A DNA stretch of 64,000 bases, taken from positions 16,864,001-16,928,000 of the forward strand of contig OX597832.1 of the NCBI GenBank assembly GCA_951406725.2, in the 5' to 3' direction. A program made the translations under genes and the position numbers. The notes below the pieces were generated by a model. That model saw only the letters and a program-made list of their open reading frames with translations, was not told the DNA's origin and did not search any database. This document shows, in pieces, positions 56,705-64,000 of this stretch (position 1 is the stretch's first letter; every line of letters begins with the position of its first letter). The DNA comes from Octopus vulgaris. Lineage: Eukaryota.

Positions 56705-58402
56705 TTATGTATGTGTGTGTGTATGTATCTGTAGATACATGCATCTTTATGCATTACTTTTTATAAATGAATATAAAAGAATTAGGACGATGCAAGCAAC
56801 CATTGCTTTCATTTATGAAGCGAGTCATACATAGGGCAATACAATTTCCGTCAACTCTGAGTACCACAATATTCAAAGCAGATTTAGATTTTAAAGAAAA
56901 CATATCAAAGACTATTACCTAATTTGATATAAATTAAAATTAAAAGGTACGAAAAAACAAATACCAACATTTTTCCATGAGACAAAAGAGAATATTCAGG
57001 AATAAGAGTTTATAAATTTCCTCGTTGTTTCAGCTAATTCTCATTCTTCCTATAGCAAGATTCGAGAAAATTAGATATTATATCGTATAAAACACGAATA
57101 GTTTTAAATTAACTGACGATATCGTCTGTTTGCAATTTAATATCACATATTATTAAATAATCGTAAAGCATTTTGTCTGTGTGTCTAAATTAATGAATTA
57201 ATATAGCGTCAGTAATAGTGGATAGGTATGAAAACAAATTAAACATTATTTCCCCACCATTTTATATATGTCGTAAAACTCTGTAGGAAATCTATTAAGC
57301 TCAGCCTATACCAAAAGAATGTAATGTTATGACCAATTATTCTACTAACAATAGAAATATATTAGATTAATAGAAAAGTGTACTTTTGTGGTACCACGTC
57401 AAAAACATGTGCACGCCACTCATCAGGTAAACCTGAATGAGTACAACAAGATAGTTTTTACATTCCGGTAACAAGTATAGGATAAGAATATCATACCTGA
57501 ATGTTCTACTGACAGAGAAAAAGCAAAACGTACGGCAAGAGAATGTAGAAGGTTTTAGCATCACATTTTTGGTCTAAAACAAACCTATCTCTTACAATAC
57601 TTACGATACTTCCATCTATAGAAAAGAGCTGCTTCCAAAGAAAAAGGCTCCTGCTTTAAATCTATAAAAGCATGTACTACTCTGTGATTGTAAATCTGTT
57701 GCAAGATGTCCAGGTAAGAAAATGAGTTGAGAATCGCTCTCAGTCATCGAGGAAGCGAATGAATACATCTTCCGGACCTGTAATATATATGAGGGGATGT
57801 ATGAAATAAAATCTGATATGTGTCTCTCGCCAGTAAGAATTGTCAAAACAGTTCTCACAATAACAAAACATAATAGACCAGTTCACTCAGAATTTAGTTA
57901 ATGTACATTACAAACGCAAAATACCGGCATAGATTAAAATAAGCCTGAATATGCAGAATTCAATGAAAATGTCACAGACAAGAAAATTGGAATTAATGGC
58001 ATCTGTGTAAAATCACACAAACGAAAAGCAAGACAAGAGGTATGCATTAACAGATGTTTACATTCTTACGTGCATACCTCTCATGGTTTTGCAAATGAGC
58101 TACAAGCGCCACAAGGAGTGGTTTAATGATCTGAAGGATAATGGAAATAAGGTTCTAATAAGATTTAGGTGAGAAATATTAAAGCACAATATAAGCATTT
58201 TTTCTTTTTCTTTTATAAACAGATACATCTAACAGATACATCTAACCAGCAGGGACACAAAATTTTGCGAACCTCTAATATACAATAGAATCATTTCCGG
58301 AGAATCGAAAAATGATCGGAGGAGAGGGCGTCCAGTGATATGCTGTACCAGGAACCTAACTATTGTTATTTTCGATAGATCACATTAAATTATTTGTATC
58401 TT

Positions 58403-58565
58403 TAGGCGTAGGAGTGGCTGGGTGGCAAGTAGATTGCTTACGAACCACATGGTTCTGGGTTCTGTCCCATAGCGTGTCACCTTGCGCAAGTGTCTTCTAC
58501 TATAGCCTCGGGACGACCAATGCCTTGTGTGTGGATTTGGTAGACGGAAACTGAATGGAGCTCGT

Positions 58566-58621
<56 letters not shown>

Positions 58622-58865
58622 TGTGTATGTGTGTGTGTGTCTGTGTCTGTGTCTGTGTTTGTACCCCCAACATCGCTTGACAACCGATGCTGGTGTGTTT
58701 ACATCACCGTCACATAGTAGTTCGATAAAACAGACCGATAGAATAAGTACCTGGCTTACAAAGAATAAGTCCTGGGGTCGATTTGCTCGACTAAAGGCGG
58801 TGCACCAGCATGGCCGCTGTCAAATGACTGAAACAAGTAAAAGAGCAAAAGAGTAAAAAGAGTAA
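58403..58865 (+). mobile_element. SINE family A, full length
   Basis: Head, CORE-like segment, internal (TA)(TG)n tract and (GTAAAAGA)n tail. Confidence 0.9.
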
Positions 58866-59274
58866 ACCAACTTTTCACATATCTTTGTATTATATCTTAA
58901 GTTCTCTCTCTCTCTGTCAGCTACGCTATTGTATATACGGTTAATTGCGGCTAATAACGAAATGTTGTGAATATCATTAGCTTCAGCAGTACTTGTAATG
59001 ATATGTGTAATAATAGAACATTAATAGTTTATATCATTAACACAGACACATCACCGATTACTCAGTATTTCTATTCTCTGGCACTTCATTTACACCAATA
59101 ATATATGCTAATTCTATTTAGATGCTGCAGAGACATATCAAAATCCTAAGTGACAATGGATATTTTTTTTTATATTCTACTCTCATAATTACACTTCCGG
59201 TAGGAGGTGGTGATCCCTGCTGTACTCTAAAAAAAAAAAGGCGGTGCTCCAGCATGGCCGCAGTCATGGATTTG

Positions 59275-61330
59275 TGGGAAATTCTACAAGTCCTGGCTCA
59301 AATATCCTCTGAAACGGATCCCTCCCGAACACAGAATTTCCCAGATGATGTCATCATTCTTGCTCGCTACTAATCCACTGTGCAACTACAATATGGAACT
59401 TCCACCTACGAGATAACCCATCTGGCAGAGGTCTATGAGCGCTTGCCGATATTTCGGCTGCCGACCGCCATATCGCAGTCTTTGGTAGCTCCGTGAAATC
59501 TCGTCTCACAAACGGCGACCACACCCGCTCACCGTTAAGGAAACACTGTAGATGCTGCAGTCTCAGCGCATATCTACGCATCATTAGCCGCAGAATACCC
59601 ACTCCTCCATTTAGCGTCATCCGACAGCGGATGGAGCGTCTAACGAGCGGAACATATCTATTCAACAGAAAATAGAGGAGCAAAAGCTCCAGCTTGATCA
59701 GCCACGAAACAGATCAAGGAGCGATGGTCAAGCGGAAGTAGATAACGGAAATGATTTATGCATTTGCATCTCCACCCAGCCCTTCATGGAAAGCTTCCTC
59801 TTTCCTATTTCTGAGTGAAATTGGCCAAACTTCCCAGTTCTTTTCTATCTGGAGATCCGAACAAAACGAGACTCGAGCAAGTTAACCGGTCCTTTTGTAC
59901 AACACCCTACAATGCTGTCCGACAACATGAACCTGCCTCTTCCTGTGCTGACATGCAGGCCTACAGATTTCTGTTTAAGCTTTGCTCTTGTCACTGCTTC
60001 GTATGGGCTTAAGGTACTGCTGATCACATCAGTTTCCAAGATATCCAATAATATCACTGTGACGATGTCCGTATTAACTGACACGAACCGTTAGCGTGCT
60101 AGTTCGCTTGGAAACATCTAGCAATTGCTTCAGTGTTAGAACGTACAAAAGAAGCGAGAGTGGGTACACTTGACGGATCAAGCTTATGATGTTATACGAT
60201 TCTTATAGGGGGGCATTTACTTTGATCACTGGGCAGATGTCGCTTGTACAAGGCCATAATTCAACTACCGAAAACGAGACCGAAATCGCCCGATGCGGGA
60301 ACAGCCTCCAAGTATTAGTGATCGAATGTATCAAAAGCCTTTGATTTATCCAAATTGAACAGAGCCCCACTCATGCCAGGTTCCTTACCTATCCTCTCTA
60401 TGATAAAGCGCGTGGTGTGGAGGTTGTCGCGCATAGATATCTTTTGGGTGGTGCATGTCTGCACATCACTGGCGAGTTATCGATAATAACGCCTTGGCCA
60501 AAATCTTCTAGTCTGCTTCCAGCATCGTTATGAACCCAATATCATCTATTTGTTCGATTCCTTTCTCAAAAGCACCAGAGCGCCTCGGCTCATAGTACTA
60601 CGCGATTTTCTCATTCGGCTGCCAATTGTGGTACACATCTGCCAGGAGATCCCCGAACTAGTCTCGCTCTTGAATATAAGGCCCAAATGTGATACCATCA
60701 AGCTCCGGAAAATTCTCCCTTGTGCGGTCTTCACCGTGCCTCGTAATACTTTTATTGGTATTACAAAGAAAGAGCGGGTCCCTGGCCGAAAGGTATGGTA
60801 TACCACCGAAGTAGGACGTGAAATGCACTCCCATCTCCGACTCACCACGCGCTCAGTACATTACGGCAAAGGGCAGCCAAAATTCCTAACATGTCCCCTT
60901 GAATTCGTATATCATGCACATCTCCAGTCATGACAAAACAGAATTCTGGCTTTGTTACCGAGTTGCCCCTCTTCCACCCGGGGCCATCGAATGTTTTCAT
61001 CCTCTCTTAACTTAGCACACACACCGAATCTTATTGTGTTTGGCTTTGAATAATTCATCAAGAGCCAATCTCACCACCAGCAGATGGGTTTCTTGGTCAC
61101 TTCTAAGAGTCTCTTCTGTCTTCCTAAATAGGTCTACATTTATCACTATTTATTTTACTAAATCCTACTGCCTCTGCTCTAACAGCCTTTTCCAGGGCTA
61201 TCACCTATCGGTAGTTGACTTACGAATCCTGTCTCGGAAAACCTGACGCGCCGGAAAAATATGCTTCTTGTTTGCGAGATCTTGCCCATGGATCCTCTCT
61301 AGCCCACGACTATTTTCTATTTCTATAAAT
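59275..61330 (-). mobile_element. Decayed Tx1/L1-clade LINE ORF2 fragment
   Basis: Minus translations include GALVLLRKESNK, GALFNLDKSKAFDTFDH*YLEAV and SVNTDIVTVI..LSPYEAVTRAKL..KSVGL..GPVNLL (Tx1-like RT region with degenerate YADD). GC content is elevated. Boundaries approximate. Confidence 0.8.
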
Positions 61331-61450
61331 AAAAAAATGGACTACTTATACTACTTCTACCTGAAAGCCAGCAATCAAATAGTATAATTAATCTAGATGC
61401 CTGTACCTTCCCCATATCCTTGTTATTTTGTGCCTATTTTAGCAATCAGG

Positions 61451-61500
<50 letters not shown>

Positions 61501-62949
61501 TATCATCATCATCTTCATCATCGTTGTGATTATTATTATTAATATTTTCCTATTTGATTCATTCGAATGTTCTTTCTCGTAAGTCTATCGTTGTTTTTTT
61601 TTTTGTTTAGGCAAGTGTTTTTCGTCGATGTCATCATTTTTGTTCCTATTTTTTTTTCTTTTAGAGATGGTTGTTTCACGTGTCGTTATTTTCTGCTTTT
61701 AGTGATGCTGTTTTCACTTCTTTCAATTATCTTGCCGCTGATGTTCTCAACATTTTTCTTGACATTTTTATATATTCTCTTTCCCACCATGTTATCTACT
61801 TGCGCTTGTTCTTATTGCCATTTTAATTGGTAATCCTTCAGAGGCTGTTGGTGATAACGGACATTTTGTCGTGGTCAGCGTCGTTTATGCTGTTACCATT
61901 TTTCGCCTCATTGCAATTTTCCACCATAGTTATAGTGATGATGTGTAAGTTAACATATACATCTCTGCTATTATATCTGTTATAAAATTTTCGGAATATG
62001 ACTTTTTTGCTACCGCATACAAAATTATCAACGCAAACGTGACAGTTTTATTGCAACCGCTCCTATGCTGACATGACTGACTCGTACTACCCTTTCTTCT
62101 ACAACATCAGGTTATTTCACACTTTTGTTTTTTCTGCAGACGGCGCATTAAAATGACTGTGTCTATCCTAATTATGCGAAAAACTGAAGTGTTTTCAACA
62201 TTTTTGTTTTAGCAAATGTCGGAAACAATTATAACAGTAAAACTTGCAGATTTTGTAAGAGTTGTTTATGGAACAACTTTAGGCCGAATATCTACCAAAC
62301 TAGTTCTCAACCCAGGAATAACTGCAAGTACTGCAGTCTTTGTATATGATGAAGACACAAATCAAGACATAGAAATAATTCCGTGTTGAGACTGATGGCA
62401 GCAGATTGGATTTCTGAACCAGTGATACTTATCCGCCTGACAAGAACTGAAATAAAAGCAAACTCTCAATTCTGATTAAATGAAGATAGAGCAAAGTACA
62501 ACGGTTATACATTATCAATAAGAGGGAAACGACATATCCTTTTGCCACTTCTGTCAGGTTAGTTGGGGATAATTTCAGCGCAGGCCATTCCGGGGTGAAT
62601 CTCATTATTCAATTATAAGCAGACTCTCCAATCTGGTTAGATTAAGGTAGGACAAAGTATAACGATCAGACATTATTAAAAATACGGAAAATACATACTC
62701 ATTTGCCACTTCTGCCAGTTTAGTCCGGGATAATTTCAACGCAGGCTATTCCGAGTTGAATCTCATTATTTACTCACGATTTCATTCTACTTATTAACCC
62801 GGATGTCTGGTTCGAATCATTACTCAAATATATTGAAACAGTGTCGGTCCAGCTGTCTATAAAGCTTGCTTGGTATCATTTTCTTTTATAATCTAAACTC
62901 TAAACCTACTTACTTTTACTGCTTACTGTGATCACTTGTTACATTTCTT

Positions 62950-63095
62950 TTACCTTTTAAGATTGCCCTGAAATCATTAATTTTAGTTGTGTCCAGCGAC
63001 ATCTTCGTGAAGTTGACATCATTTGTTCGGACGCTTTTTTCTACATCCCAGATCAGATCACAAACAATGCCCCGAGATACTTCAATGAATCAGTA
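62950..63095 (-). mobile_element. Old RTE-like LINE fragment
   Basis: Minus translation DSLKYLGALFV resembles the FKYLG RT C-terminal motif. Short and weak. Confidence 0.3.
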
Positions 63096-63194
63096 GCAAT
63101 AATATACAGGAGCTCTTGGAAATAATTACTAATTTCTGATGTAGGTATAGAGTCACATATTTCATGGAGAGCGGAAAATTATATTTTACACGAC

Positions 63195-63419
63195 GAGCTG
63201 GCAGAAACGTTAGCACGCCGGGCGAAATGCTTAGCAGTATTTCGTCTGCCGCTACGTTCTGAGTTCAAATTCCGCCGAGGTTGACTTTGCCTTTCATCCT
63301 TTCGGGGTCGATTAAATAAGTACCAGTAAATCACTGGGGTCAATATAATCGACTTAATCCCCTTGTCTGTCCTTGCTTGTCCCCTCTATGTTTAGCCCAC
63401 TGTGGGCAATAGAAAAAAA
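63195..63419 (+). mobile_element. SINE family B, young copy
   Basis: Family match. Perfect 15-bp TSD TATATTTTACACGAC (63180-63194 / 63420-63434). Confidence 0.93.
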
Positions 63420-63854
63420 TATATTTTACACGACTATTACACGTGTGTGTATCTCACATGCTTCTAGCAACTAAAAGGTACGGCAATGATCAAGGCTTCT
63501 ATTATAATCACATCAACAAACAGACGGTAGGAAATCATCTACAATGTCTAACCTAGCATTTACTACTGGTTGCCATTATTGACTTTTGAAAATTGACAGT
63601 CATTGCTAACTCGGGTAGTGTCGAGCCTAGACAAGAATGTATGTTAGCCACATAATTCAATTGCTTCCTCGTAGCTGTAGCGAGTCTACTATTAATAGCA
63701 TTAGTTTCCATAACAAACATCTTTTCTTTCTGGTACATAATGTGGTGATTAACAGGAAAGGCTAAAGTGCATCGCATATTTGTATTTAACCCTTGGCTCT
63801 CTGGTTTTGCAACATTTTTATTTAATTAAGAAGTTTTAACCATGATTTAGTAAA

Positions 63855-64000
63855 AGGCGAAGATCTGGCAGAATTTTTCGTATGCCGGACAAAATGTTTA
63901 GCGGCATTTCCTTTGTCTTTGAGAATTCAAATTCCACCGAGGTTGACTTATCCTTTTTTTTTCCTTTTCGGATATCGAGAAAAAGGGTACCAATTGACCC
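63855..64000 (+). mobile_element. SINE family B, older copy running off the window end
   Basis: AGGCGAAGATCTGGCAGAA...ATTCAAATTCCACCGAGGTTGACTT. Confidence 0.7.

Noticed and set aside
57370-57430. Minus-strand CUGAUGA-GUGG...CCAC-AAAA, a possible hammerhead
   Set aside because: G12 is missing and no stem I can be formed. Compatible with chance.

Overview
AT-rich eukaryotic non-coding DNA (intergenic or a very large intron). The SINE families and the density of (TA)n/(CA)n/(ATT)n microsatellites suggest an octopus/cephalopod genome; this is inferred from recall, not a database match. No intact host protein-coding gene is recognisable. Most ORFs in the track are microsatellite or SINE read-throughs. 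The window holds about 25 tRNA-derived SINE copies or fragments in four families (called A-D here), a CR1/L2-type LINE and a Tx1/L1-type LINE (both decayed), a decayed Tc1 element with DD36E spacing, mariner fragments and two non-autonomous Helitrons. The most notable signal is a dispersed set of short elements, mostly bounded by (TA)n tracts, that are often long palindromes or tandem/inverted arrays and carry type I hammerhead ribozyme (HHR) motifs. One motif looks fully canonical (7187-7233, minus), one has a compensatory U3-A8 core (26109-26150), and several are degenerate or half motifs. This fits a (TA)n-associated Penelope-like/retrozyme-like system. Other observations are a SINE-LINE shared 3' stem-loop with compensatory changes, SINEs with one head and three different tails, and a two-source templated insertion inside the Tc1 element. 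All coordinates and alignments were made by eye and may be off by a few bases.
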